Made by a program: the position numbers and the translations under genes | The notes under the pieces: generated by a model | What the model saw: the letters and a program-made list of their open reading frames with translations, nothing else | Database searches by the model: none | Told to the model about the DNA's origin: nothing | DNA from: Lenisia limosa | Taxonomy: Eukaryota > Protista > Breviatea | Length of the DNA stretch: 35,689 nucleotides | Direction: 5' to 3' | Assembly: GCA_001655205.1 (NCBI GenBank) | Contig: LPNZ01011377.1 | Location: forward strand, 1 to 35,689 | Shown: piece by piece, positions 1-10,800 of the stretch | How the letters are laid out: every line of letters begins with the position of its first letter | How positions within the stretch are numbered: position 1 is the first letter of the stretch

Positions 1-127
1 AAGAGATATTGGATAATAGTATAGTACTAATTCACCCATTCACCAACTCTGTGCACATAGCTTTCTGCGTGCCTCCCCAGTAATAATAGCATAGCTAGCG
101 CTTGCTAGCTATGAAACACCTGCTCAC

Positions 128-1550
128 ATCTTCTCGAAAGACGAACATCATCATCAGCCTCCACGAAGACGGCAAAATCAATGAGCTCCCTCACTCGTGC
201 GTCCTATGCTGTCAAAGAAGTAAAGCGTAAACTATGCTGTCAAACAAGTAAAGCGTAAACTATAATCCCTGTAGTGCTTAAAATAAACAGGCATCATACG
301 GGCACTTGTTTGTTTTTTAAGATCAAACGCCACGTCAAAAAAAGGTTTGTTTATGTTACCGTATGCCAACAAAACTACAGCCCAGTTGCCAACATATAAG
401 GTAAAAAGACCTTCGATGACAACTACGTCTGCTGGACCGACGGTTCGCATCTCACTGGTCCTGGAAGCATGAAACAAGAGTGAGGTTATGCTTAGGTTTG
501 TGTCGGGGAATAAGCGAATAAGAGACTGGTGAGGGTTCACAGAATAAAGCTTGACTCCAACCACGCCAGTGACAAACCGTGAAGATGTGGTGAAGTCATA
601 CACCGGGTGTGAGGCGACAAGGCCATGCTTCAAGTCTGAAACAACCTGGAAGAACAGGTCGTGGTCGAAGGCTTCTACAGGGGTTAAGACAAACCATTTG
701 AAATCAAAAAGAGAACTCCTTCACTTCAAGGAATTAATTAATATAATGCTACAAGGAAATATGATCAAAATTCAAGATAATTAATCATTGACATTAATTT
801 CCGAAAGCAGTTGAAAGAGCACGATATATATACAACACATCCGGAAGCATTATTGCGTGGCGAGCCATGAAGAAAGAAAGGAAAAGATAAAGTAGGTTGG
901 TGTGTTTCTAATGACTCTATTTAGGGATCCAGTAAATTCCAGGCAATAAAACGTGGCAATCAATTTACAAATGCAATGGGGTCAATCCTTCTTGATTCAA
1001 TTCAAAAGTCAATCTTTTCCGAAGTCCTCTCCTCCATCCCAACCGGGGAGATCAAAGTTGTAGGTGGTTTTGTTTACATCGTCAGGGACTGGGGTATAGA
1101 ACATGTCTTGCTGGAGAAGGGAAACTTCCCCACATTCACTGAAAAAGGTGAGAACAGTTCCATGAGAAAAAAACGTTACTAACCTCGCAAGCTCCACAAT
1201 ATTCTTGGCTAAATAGGTTTTACCTGATCCTGATCCTCCAGCCACTCCTAGAAGGGTTAAAGAGACACCCTGTAAATAATGCTTGCTTGTCAACAACGGA
1301 AACCCAAATCAGTTCTCCAATAAAAACATTCAATTCTTCAAGAAAAGAAAAAACGGTGGGTAATTCCTTCTCAAAAATAAAAATGTGACAACAAGAAAAA
1401 AAAAGAATCCGTCTTTTGCTTACCAATGATGTAGACATTTGAGGATGTCTCTGACAGAATACTGCTAACTAAATAGATGACCAAAAACTGTAAAGAACAC
1501 TTACTTAGGAATGAAAAGATCACAAACACAAAAAGATATAGTCTAGTCAT
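128..1550 (-). CDS. UCK: Uridine(-cytidine) kinase, spliced, 3' end beyond the left edge, with hydrophobic N-terminal extension
   Basis: Exons 1550-1505, 1468-1424, 1247-1184, 1138-1044, 674-578, 460-394, 203-128 join in frame over GT-AG introns: MTRLYLFVFVIFSFLISSILSETSSNVYIIGVAGGSGSGKTYLAKNIVELASECGEVSLLQQDMFYTPVPDDVNKTTYNFDLPEAFDHDLFFQVVSDLKHGLVASHPVYDFTTSSRTSEMRTVGPADVVVIEGLFTLYDARVRELIDFAVFVEADDDVRLSRR. P-loop, DxFY, NFDxP, EG and FVEAD..RL.RR motifs fit uridine kinases. Confidence 0.93.
204..259. repeat. 28-bp tandem duplication of an intron 3' end
   Basis: ctatgctgtcaaagaagtaaagcgtaaa (204-231) and ctatgctgtcaaacaagtaaagcgtaaa (232-259), one mismatch. On the minus strand each unit ends in CATAG. 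Confidence 0.95.
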
Positions 1551-1811
1551 CTTTCTCTAATGATTGTGCGATTGTGTCAGGTGGTTGTTTACTTGTAGCA
1601 TACTGGCTTCCGATGGGAACAGCCAGCTTTTATAGTTCCGGTACCGTCGATATTTTTCGATAAAACTTGTAGGATTTCAGCCTCTTTTTGCACTCTGTAG
1701 TTCTTTCTCCATTGTAGTACAACTCCTCTCTCGTCGTCCTCGTTGTCGCCTTGTAGTAAAAAAAGGTCGTATAATCTTATCTTGTAATAGGTGTTGTTTT
1801 GTGAAGCGGCC
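1551..1811. promoter_or_regulatory. Probable bidirectional promoter (uridine kinase / membrane receptor)
   Basis: Divergent ATGs at 1550 (-) and 1812 (+), 261 bp apart. Inferred from gene geometry only. Confidence 0.5.
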
Positions 1812-4800
1812 ATGGTGAAGTATGCGTTACTTTGCCTTGTTTTGGCCTTTTTAGGATTTTCAGAGGTAAGAGAAGGGAAGGGAAATTTCTCGTATGACGT
1901 TTCAGGTTTTGGGTATCGCTACTTCCCCGCCAACTGGCTTTGCCTCCGCCGTTGATGGTGACATTATTACACTTTCTTGGGATGTACCATCCACAAATAC
2001 TCCGACCTACATTTTGACTGTAAGTTGTAGATTTTTTGTGCTCGTCTATGTTCATATCATAATGCTGCCTTTCTATAATTGCGTTGTTGTAGTGTGTGGT
2101 CGTAGCCACTGGAGTGATAGTGGATGTTAAATAGACATGGTTGTTTTGGGATAATTCCACCAGGACTAAGGAGTAAATGCTTATTTTTGAAAGAAATGAT
2201 GCTTTCACCCCCGTTTTTTCAACCACTACAGGACAATATTCTATTTATATTTACCCCCCCCCCTCCAGTCCGGCAGTGTCCTTGATGACATGGATGCCAC
2301 ATCACCGTATGTCTTTGTTGCGCCAGTGAGAGACACCTACGCATTTGAGCTGAAAGCACAAGCCACTGGTGGGGGCGGGGAGGGGGGGATGAGCAATAGT
2401 AGATGGAGAGCATATCTTGCAGTGGGTGAGACTGTTCACGTCAGTATTACTGGCGCTTGGTCTGATTGGGATAGGTGAAGATCTTTCAAGTGCAGTGTCC
2501 ACGTCAGTTGACGCCACTGTGGGTACAATCTTCCCTGCCGTCAACACCACGCTCATTGAGGCTACACATAACTCATTGTCGGTTGATTTCGAGCACAATC
2601 CAAATGTCCAGTTCAAGAGCGAGGTGAATGTGGTGCAACTTAAAAAAGGTGATACTTTGGATGCTCAATAGTATTGCCACAACATACTAGAACTTCCATC
2701 TTGGGATGGAAGAGTCTCTGATACAGTATTGCCGAACAGACTGGTCTGTGTATCTATTTATTCTTTTGAAGTCCTTAAGTTTATCAAAGGAAGCATACAG
2801 AGTTGATTTGTTGGTTTCATTATTTCCCCATTTTTCACCCCCCTCCCCCCCCAGGTGCGCTACAAAGTCCATGTCCAGATTTCAAACCAATCCAGTGGTG
2901 CCAAAGAGTGCCAATATTGGAACCTGGCCCAGACCCACGCGACCTGTCGCGGCTTGAAGTGGAATACAAACTATAAAATCCAGATCTATGCTCATTGGGT
3001 ATGGGGTGGCTCAGTTGGACTGGTGCCTAAATAACCTCTTTCCATTTTTTTTTACAAATATTTAGCTCTTTTGACCTTTTAGGATGGAAGCCACAACCCA
3101 TACGAGAGGATTCAACCTCGGTTTGATACCGGACCTCCACCCCCTTGCGCCACACCCACGCCGCCAGAGATTGAAAACGGCTTTGCCAATTGCACTACCG
3201 GTAGTCCTGACGCTAGCTCCAAGTGCACTGCCGGGTGCTTTCTCGCAGCTCAAATGTGTGATTGGAGCGGTATCTCAGGCAGCCATAATATCGAAGTCTT
3301 CTTGCTATCATTTCATANNNNNNNNNNNNNNNNNNNNNNNNNNNNNNNNNNNNNNNNNNNNNNNNNNNNNNNNNNNNNNNNNNNCTATCATTTTTCACGA
3401 TTTTTCCATTACCCTACTATCATTAGTCATGTTCCAGATTGGACCGTTCGACCACCTTCGACTGTAACACGTCGGACTTGTCATGGCCGACTATGAAGTG
3501 CATTGGTGGGTTACACAATAGGGCTGCACTTCGGTTGTAAAAAGACCGGTAAAATATCGATAGTTTTCGAGGCTTTTATCGATAAAATCAGTCTTTTTTC
3601 GAACCAAAGTGAAGCCATAGTTACAAATAATATCGGATTTGACTATGCAAGATAACCCAGTCTTTAATGATACACTTTCTGTAATTACTATCAAATCAGC
3701 AGTGTTAATCCCTCTAGACGCAAAGACTCCCAAAGCATCATCGTCCAAGTCTGGTACTCTGTACACAATTAACTCGAATTTTGGTAACACGAGCCCATCC
3801 AAAATTGTCATGAATATCACGCACCCTTCTCCATACTTCTTCAAGCAGTTCGTGTGGACGGGTGATGAGGTGGTCTCGCCTCTACACTTTGACATTTCGG
3901 ACAGTGTTGATGTAGGCAATGTCTTCAGTTCTTTTTTGACATTCAACAGTCTCGTTGTTTCATTGTTGCAGATAAACAAGATTCTGAACACCAATTGGCA
4001 ATTTTTCTACGCTGACGGTTCGTCTAAGACCCCTTCGGACAATTTCAACACGTTCTTACCCAAATGCTCCATTCATGATGGCGAAATGGCCCTCTGCAAC
4101 CAGGACTTTGCGTACGGTGACTGCACGTAGGCAGGGTTGTTTGGACTTACTTGGTGCTGGTGCGTCTCAATGTTAAGAAGACAAAGGACTGTATTTTCTT
4201 ACTTGATTTATTTCACACTGTGAGACACTAGAGTTTCACATGACATTGAGAGAGAATTTGTGTTGTTTCCCCATTCTTCGCCATTGTAACCTAGCTTCAG
4301 GTATTGCGAGGCAACCGCTGACTGTGATAAATATGACTGTCAAATGGAAGAGCCATGGGGGGCCACAGTGTCGACTTCGTACCTCGACGTCATTGTCGAC
4401 TATAATGTGGGAGGGAATAACGATACAAAAGGATGATTTAACACTCCTACCAAACTATTCTCATTTACATTATACCATTTTAACACGCTTTTAGTTCTAC
4501 GACTATTACACCTACTACATTATGTACAATGGTGAGTTGATTGCCGAGGATGCTGGTGCCCCACCTTACATTTTCACGGTATGGATGACTTGTATTATAC
4601 CTTGAACATGTGAGGCATTTTAATGCAACAGGTGCCTGTGGCTGAAAATGGTACAGTGGGTGTCGCCCAAGACTACGCCAACTACTATGACCAGTCTCCC
4701 TTTACAGAGTTCTCCGTTGTAACCACTTTCCCTGAGCCCAACGGTCTGTTTTGTGAAATAATGTTGACTGTTTTGCCTACAAATATTTTTATTTAATTAC

Positions 4801-7103
4801 TCCATAGCCCCTTTTCGGATAAACTTCTTGCTATTCCGTAAGCTAACCCGTCAGGTACACTTGCTTCATCTATCCGTATCACTAAGGCGTATGCTGCTTA
4901 CTTCGACCTGCAGTTTAACGGAACAATGTACCCCGACCTCTTTCAGATTCACAGCAAAGCTAGTGAAATTGACGGTGACTCTGTTGCTACGTGTGAGGTG
5001 TGATTGGGGGCAATTTGGTTGTCTTCTATCGGTATGAATATTGTCTATGGTGTAAGTCCTTGCTGCCAATCATTCGTTCCATTCACATCACAGTGTTATG
5101 ACGGGTTCACCAACACCACCATGATTTGTGGATGCGAGGGTTTGAAGAGCTACACCAAGTATAACGTTTCCTTTGCCGGCTTCTATGTGGGTATTACTGT
5201 CTGACTCCTCATTCTTCTCATTTACACCAAAATCAACATCATCATTATCATAGTGTTTATCTTTTTTCGTTATCATGACGATACAGGATGCTGGCGTGTA
5301 TGGGGACGTGATCTACCAAGAAGTGGCCACAAAGAGTGTTTGTGGAAATGGCATCATTGAAGACGCTGAAATCTGTGACCCCAAGGTAAGCTGTTTTTGC
5401 GTTCAAGGCCTTTTTGACAAAAAGGTTAACAATTATATACTCATGTTCGGTCTAGATCTCCAGCACGGCTTGCTTAGAGTGCACTGAGGTTGCGGACAAT
5501 TGGGAGTGTTCCGCAGAGAAATGTACTCGTGTTGTTGAGAGTCAAGATTGCTTTGCAGTGGGTTGGTAATTCAATTCTACATTGTAATTTCCGTTGTTTG
5601 ACGTTCTTAGTCTCTCCTCCCATTAAATTAGAATTTTTTGTGATATGATACGTGCCATTTTATTTGAGATGAGAATGCACCCACACTGGTTTTTCGGGTT
5701 GGTTTGACCCTTAGACGCCACCCCCGTCCATTGCAGCTAGCTGTGCCAAGTGCTCAGAGGACAACCCTCTGTTGTGTGAAGTATGTGTCAATGACGATTA
5801 CACCCCCCTTGGTATGGGACTAAAATCATTTATTCGTGCTGCATGTTGATACCAACGAAGTTTAAACTACTCCAAGACTCTTGTATTAAGCTATAACTCT
5901 TCTGCATTAAGTAAATAACAAGAATGGTTTGTAATAATACACTCTAGTATAGTGCTATCTAATACAAAGTAATTGTGAGATAATGGCCCTTCAGGTGCAA
6001 GCTGCTTTAAGGAAATTGCCATTCCCCTCCCCGGTTTCTCCACCGAGAATTACGCTGTCCAATTCGAATCCATGACAGTCATCCTTCCTCCTGAGACCCT
6101 GGTCTATGCCTCACTCAAACTCCGACCCCTGCAAGCCAGAGACGTGACCCTTCCTTCGTTACTTTACGGTGGCGGCTTTGACTTGGGACTTGGTATGCCT
6201 CTTTTTGTTTCTGGGTCTGCCCACCAACAAAATAATAGCATTCTCACATTTTTCAGTTTCGCCATCTGACAACCAAATGGTTTCAGTGAAGCTTGAAAAC
6301 TACGCCACCATGAGTGTCACAATCGGACTGGTTGGCTTGGCGTGATCTGGGGTGCATTATGAAGCTATATATATCAAATGAAGCCGAGTTTGTGTTGCCT
6401 CGCTTAGTAATCTGGTGCCATTTTCGTGAGTTTGTCACATGGTAAATAGACGAGCTGATTCCCATTTCACATCTCTTTTCAGCTTCCCGAAGGCAATGAT
6501 GCTGATCTGCTGATCTACGTTGACAATGAGTGGGTGAGAGGACCCGAGACGTGTGACACCGCGCCCCCTGCAACAACCTACGATGCCAACTCTGGTAGGC
6601 TCCTTTCTCTAGTAATATCATATGAGCGATGCTTTTCTGACCAGCTTAATTTCTTAAGGAATCTTGACCACCTATTTCTGCCATATGACGCCAATGGTCA
6701 TTGGAGAGTTAGATTCAAATGAGTGAGCGGGCGGTTTTTCCAACACCATCACCACCACGTCTCTCACCGCCCAGGTCCTCGTCATCACTTTATCTCATTG
6801 GCGGGGCGGCAGTGATTGCCGGCGCTGGCGCTGCTTCTATTGCGGCTGTGTCTCTGAAGAAGAAGAAGGTGTCTGAAGTCTCTGCCAAAGAGGTGGGTGG
6901 GACTGTTCACTCCATATGTCAACCGTGTATATGAGGGCGTTTTCAGGGGACGGAGGGGGTTGTCAGAAGGAAACTGAAAATGGACTTACGCACAATTCTA
7001 AACAGGTGGTCTCACACTCATTTTCTGGATTATAATAAGAGCAACAGTTCCTTGACTAAGTTATTTGTGATCCTGTTCCAACCAGTTTATCCACTCCTTG
7101 ACC
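1812..7103 (+). CDS. Multi-exon type I membrane protein: signal peptide, FN3 x2, sushi/CCP, further FN3-like domains, CGNG Cys-rich repeat, CxxC-rich segment, GAIN/GPS-like domain, one TM, short basic tail
   Basis: Exon 1812-1865 MVKYALLCLVLAFLGFSE; FN3 signatures ITLSWDVP..TYAFELKAQ, CRGLKWNTNYKIQIYAHW, CEGLKSYTKYNVSF; sushi CATPTPPEIENGFANC..C..SWPTMKC; VCGNGIIEDAEICDP (about 5338-5382); LLIYVDNEWVRGPETC then YFCHMTPMVI (CHMT at 6679-6690); TM LYLIGGAAVIAGAGAASIAAVSL followed by KKKK (exon 6775-6892). Last exon and stop uncertain; one N-run inside. Confidence 0.8.
3318..3385. other. N-run, 68 nt
   Basis: Directly visible; inside the sushi region of the receptor gene. Confidence 1.
3519..3619. 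mobile_element. About 100-bp MITE with terminal inverted repeats, hAT-like, intronic
   Basis: Left end tagggctgcacttcggttgtaaaaagac pairs imperfectly with right end gtcttttttcgaaccaaagtgaagccata; flanks gttacacaa / gttacaaa resemble an 8-bp TSD with one indel; second copy at 9283-9361. Confidence 0.75.
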
Positions 7104-7290
7104 CTCTAGATGACCTCGGTTTCTTAAGTTTGGTAAATGTGGTTCCTTTTGCGGTTTTGATAGTTTTTTTGAGGCAGGTTGGCCTGATGATACAGATTCT
7201 CAACTTTCAAGAGAACAGGGTATTCTTACCGTCATGGGCATTATGATAATGATGAGAATTTGATACTCATTTGAAGCACCAATAAACATT

Positions 7291-7370
7291 GGACCTTGTT
7301 AACACCCATGACATTGCTGGTGGAGATTAGGGACCTTGTTCACAGCCATGACATTGCTGGTGGAGATTAG
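7291..7370. repeat. 40-bp tandem duplication downstream of the receptor gene
   Basis: ggaccttgttaacacccatgacattgctggtggagattag (7291-7330) and ggaccttgttcacagccatgacattgctggtggagattag (7331-7370), two mismatches. Confidence 0.95.
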
Positions 7371-7822
7371 TTGGCGTCGAGGTGCTAACGTGGTAGTTAG
7401 AATGGGAACCTTAACTTCACTTTGAAAATGAATATTTTTCAATACATAATCTTGATAATACTGTCACAGATACTCTGCCATTTTCAAAACTCCCTATGTA
7501 GTCAGTTGATGAATGCGAAACCCAGTATAGCAGAGAGCTTTACAAACCAGAGCGTAGTTATAGATCCCGGAGTGCGTCAACGTCTTTGAGGGCTTCGGCA
7601 ACATCCGTGGAGGCTCTTTGGATCTCCCTCGATACCATTTCAAGAACCTAGCAAGTAAGCCCTAGGGAGGACAAACGCAAAAAGACAAGGTTGTGGGTGA
7701 GGCAGTTTTGCATAACTATAATCTAGGAACAGGGAGCAACAGATGATTTATCAATAGATCATATAGAGGCACTCAGAAAGTTCTGTGAACAAAGTTGCAA
7801 ATGATTGGGTGAATTAACAGTC

Positions 7823-10800
7823 CTATAAGCGGGTGTGGAAGGCTTCAGCCCGATTCAACCTTGTTTTATATCTCATCTCTATAAGATATTTAGAGTATAA
7901 TATCATATATCATACACAGTATATCATCAACACAAAATTCGCTGCTCAGATGCGCATACAGTATTTTTGTATTCGAATTTTGAGCAGACGGCATCGAAAG
8001 ATGGACATTCATAGGCAGTTCGGCCATCGGAATCGTCATCACATTCCTAAGGTTGGAATAAAGCAAACAACAACAAGACATAATACTCCATATCAGACAT
8101 CTTACGAACCGAACAAATAACTGATGAGTTGCTGCTTTTGACACAACGTTTACAGAACACGTGGCCGCACGGAACTAGAACCTGGAAGGTGAAAGTCATA
8201 ATTGTTGGATGAAATGCACAACGCGATAGAAGCTTACATGAGCATCTTCACAGATTCGGAGACACTCCAGACAGGACAATGACCCCTAGATGGATAACCT
8301 AGCTGGGATGGATTGTCAAAAAACAATGACACCGTCAATTGCCCGCACTCATTGCCGTTTGGCCCACCTCCATAGCACGGTCGGCTCTCGACATTTCCTC
8401 ACTGGCCTTGACCAAGGCGTCTAAAGCCGTTTTGGCGCTGATGACGTGTTGGTGGACGTCGCTGCCGGAGAGTTTTTCAATCAACATGGATGTCTAGGGA
8501 TTAAGATGAAGACAATCACACTGGTCAGAGACAATATTACGTCTGAATTTTTATTTTTGTGTTTACCTTCGCTGCACTTGCCTTAGCCGCCTCCAACTCG
8601 TCTTGCATCTGTACAATAAAGTCAAAGCTGAGTCTAGAATCAAAATGCAAGAGATACCAACCTGCATGTTTTTAGCTTTCTGCATTCTGAAGTCAGCAAG
8701 AAGTCTGGCCCTATCCTGGTCGACTTCGGTGTATTGCAGCGTTAGGGAGGCCAGAGACGCGTCAAGTGACGCAACACGCTCGTTTTCCGCCTGCACTGTT
8801 AACGCTAAACTGAATCATAACAACACCATACAGTGCTAGTGAGTATGTATCACACACTCTTTTCCCGCTTTATACCTTGAGGTTTTTCTCCATCTGCTCA
8901 AGCGAGAACTGGTCCTGAGTAACGAGGTCATCACCCTTGGCCTGGATTGCGGTCTGAATTGTGACCATCCGGTTAAATAGTATTCTGCCATATGGGTCGT
9001 GATTCGGCAATAAAAAGAAAAGAATAAGGCCCACAATCATCATTTCTAGCTTGGTTCTCCGGGTGCGTTCCGAATTGAGCTCATTGGTAAGGCTTTGAAT
9101 GGCATCGTTGGCATCCTGGTTCTTTTGTTCGGTAACCTGCACGATAACAACATTAGAACGTATTGCCTTTGTGCTTCCGACATTTTGGATAATTGCCCAC
9201 CAAATGCTGTTGAAGCTGTAGTTTGAGCTGATGAGCTTCCTCCTCCAATGCAATTGCGTGTCTGGAGCATAACGGGTGGGGGTAAGGCTTGGGAAAATAT
9301 CGATAGTTTTCCAGGGTTTATCGAGAAGCTCAGTCTATTTTTGAACCGAAGTGAAGCCCTGGGGGGGNNNNNNNNNNNNNNNNNNNNNNNNNNNNNNNNN
9401 NNNNNNNNNNNNNNNNNNNNNNNNNNNNNNNNNNNNNNNNNNNNNNGTCCTTCTCTCGCCGTCCCTTTTCCACTTTTTGGCTGTCAATTTCCTCTGAAAG
9501 ACTCTCAGCTTTAGCTTTCCACTCCATCATCTTTGTTTCGGCTGAGAAGAATTAGTAAAACATGGCCTTTCAAATGATAAAGAATTCCACATATACATAT
9601 CATATATGATGATATGATATGATATATAGTACTAGTATATAGTGTACGATATACTACTTGACAAATATAGAGATTTAAATCTTGGTATCACAACAAGCTC
9701 TCAACATAATATCGATATTTTGACCAGTTTTACCGGATTTAAGCCGATCTTCAATTTCAAGTGTTACTTTACTGGAGTCTCTTTTGGCAACCTGGAACAG
9801 TTATTTAAAGCAGCCAGAAAGAGGTGGAGTCCCCTCCATACCAAAAGCGCAACCTTCATATCTTCCATCAGGCGTTCCGATTCATCACCCGTGTTTTGGG
9901 CCAAATGGGCTTGTTTCTGATTACGAGATAACATATATTATATGATATTTGATATACAATGTTGATGCTTTCAGAGTTGGGGGTACAAAAGGCAATAACG
10001 TTGTCCCTAATTGGGCATCCCCTGTTACTTGTGCGTAATCTCTCTCCAGTTGTAGTTCGTCTTTCTCCCGTCTGCATTTCTCAAGGGCTGTTGACATACC
10101 GACCAAGTCTTTCTGAAGGAAAATAAGTTCTTCCCAAAAGTTAGATTCAAACAGACCTGGAACCTTTCAGCTGATTCAGAAAAATGCCGAGCTTTCTCCT
10201 CCTCCTGGGCTAACTTCTCCAAAGCTTGTCTGAGATTGTTCATAGAGAGAAAACAGATGACAAAATAGTGCAATTGCTCAAAGAGAGAAAACAGATGACA
10301 AAATAGTACAATTGCTCAGTTTTTTTGGTGTTCACTTTCATCAGAAAAAGGGATAATACGATGAACTTGTCAACCAAAGCGTCATATAGTCACCCTCTCA
10401 TACGAGAGCTGTTTTCCGTTATTGCTACTGTTGCTGGAAAGCCGGGTATATTCGATTTGCTTTAATTGAAGCTAAAAATTTTAATAAAAGAGGGCGAATG
10501 GGTAGTTTACAAAGATGATGATATCAAATAGCACAGCGCCACCGGGGACCCCATACAGCCCCCCAACCTGATTTTTCAGCATTTCTGCCTCTGTCGCAGA
10601 CTGCTGAGCCTTGTCCTGGTAATTCCTCAAATTTCTTCGCAACTCTTCAAACTAAATGTTCATAAGAGACAAATACGCCTGTTCGAAATTCCAGTACTCA
10701 TAGAAGACACAAAGAAAGAACAGCACAACCATTCTGAATGTCTCCAAATAACGAAAAAGATCCATATAATATACCTGAGCCTTCACCAGCGCTTCAGATT

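Noticed and set aside
130-229. Plus-strand frame NIIISLHEDGKINELPHSCVLCCQRSKA* as the end of a convergent gene
   Set aside because: It is the antisense of the uridine kinase exon 203-128, which carries conserved kinase motifs.
232-393. ORF-track C-terminus of uridine kinase (VGNWAVV..FTCLTA*)
   Set aside because: Intron read-through; the conserved sequence resumes at 203 after a GT-AG intron.
6480-6720. Leishmanolysin/M8 metalloprotease suggested by ADLLIYVD
   Set aside because: No HExxH follows; the segment leads to a CHMT motif and a TM helix.
7960-8285. BRE1/RNF20 assignment for the RING gene
   Set aside because: Architecture fits but the RING sequence lacks BRE1-specific residues; symbol left blank.
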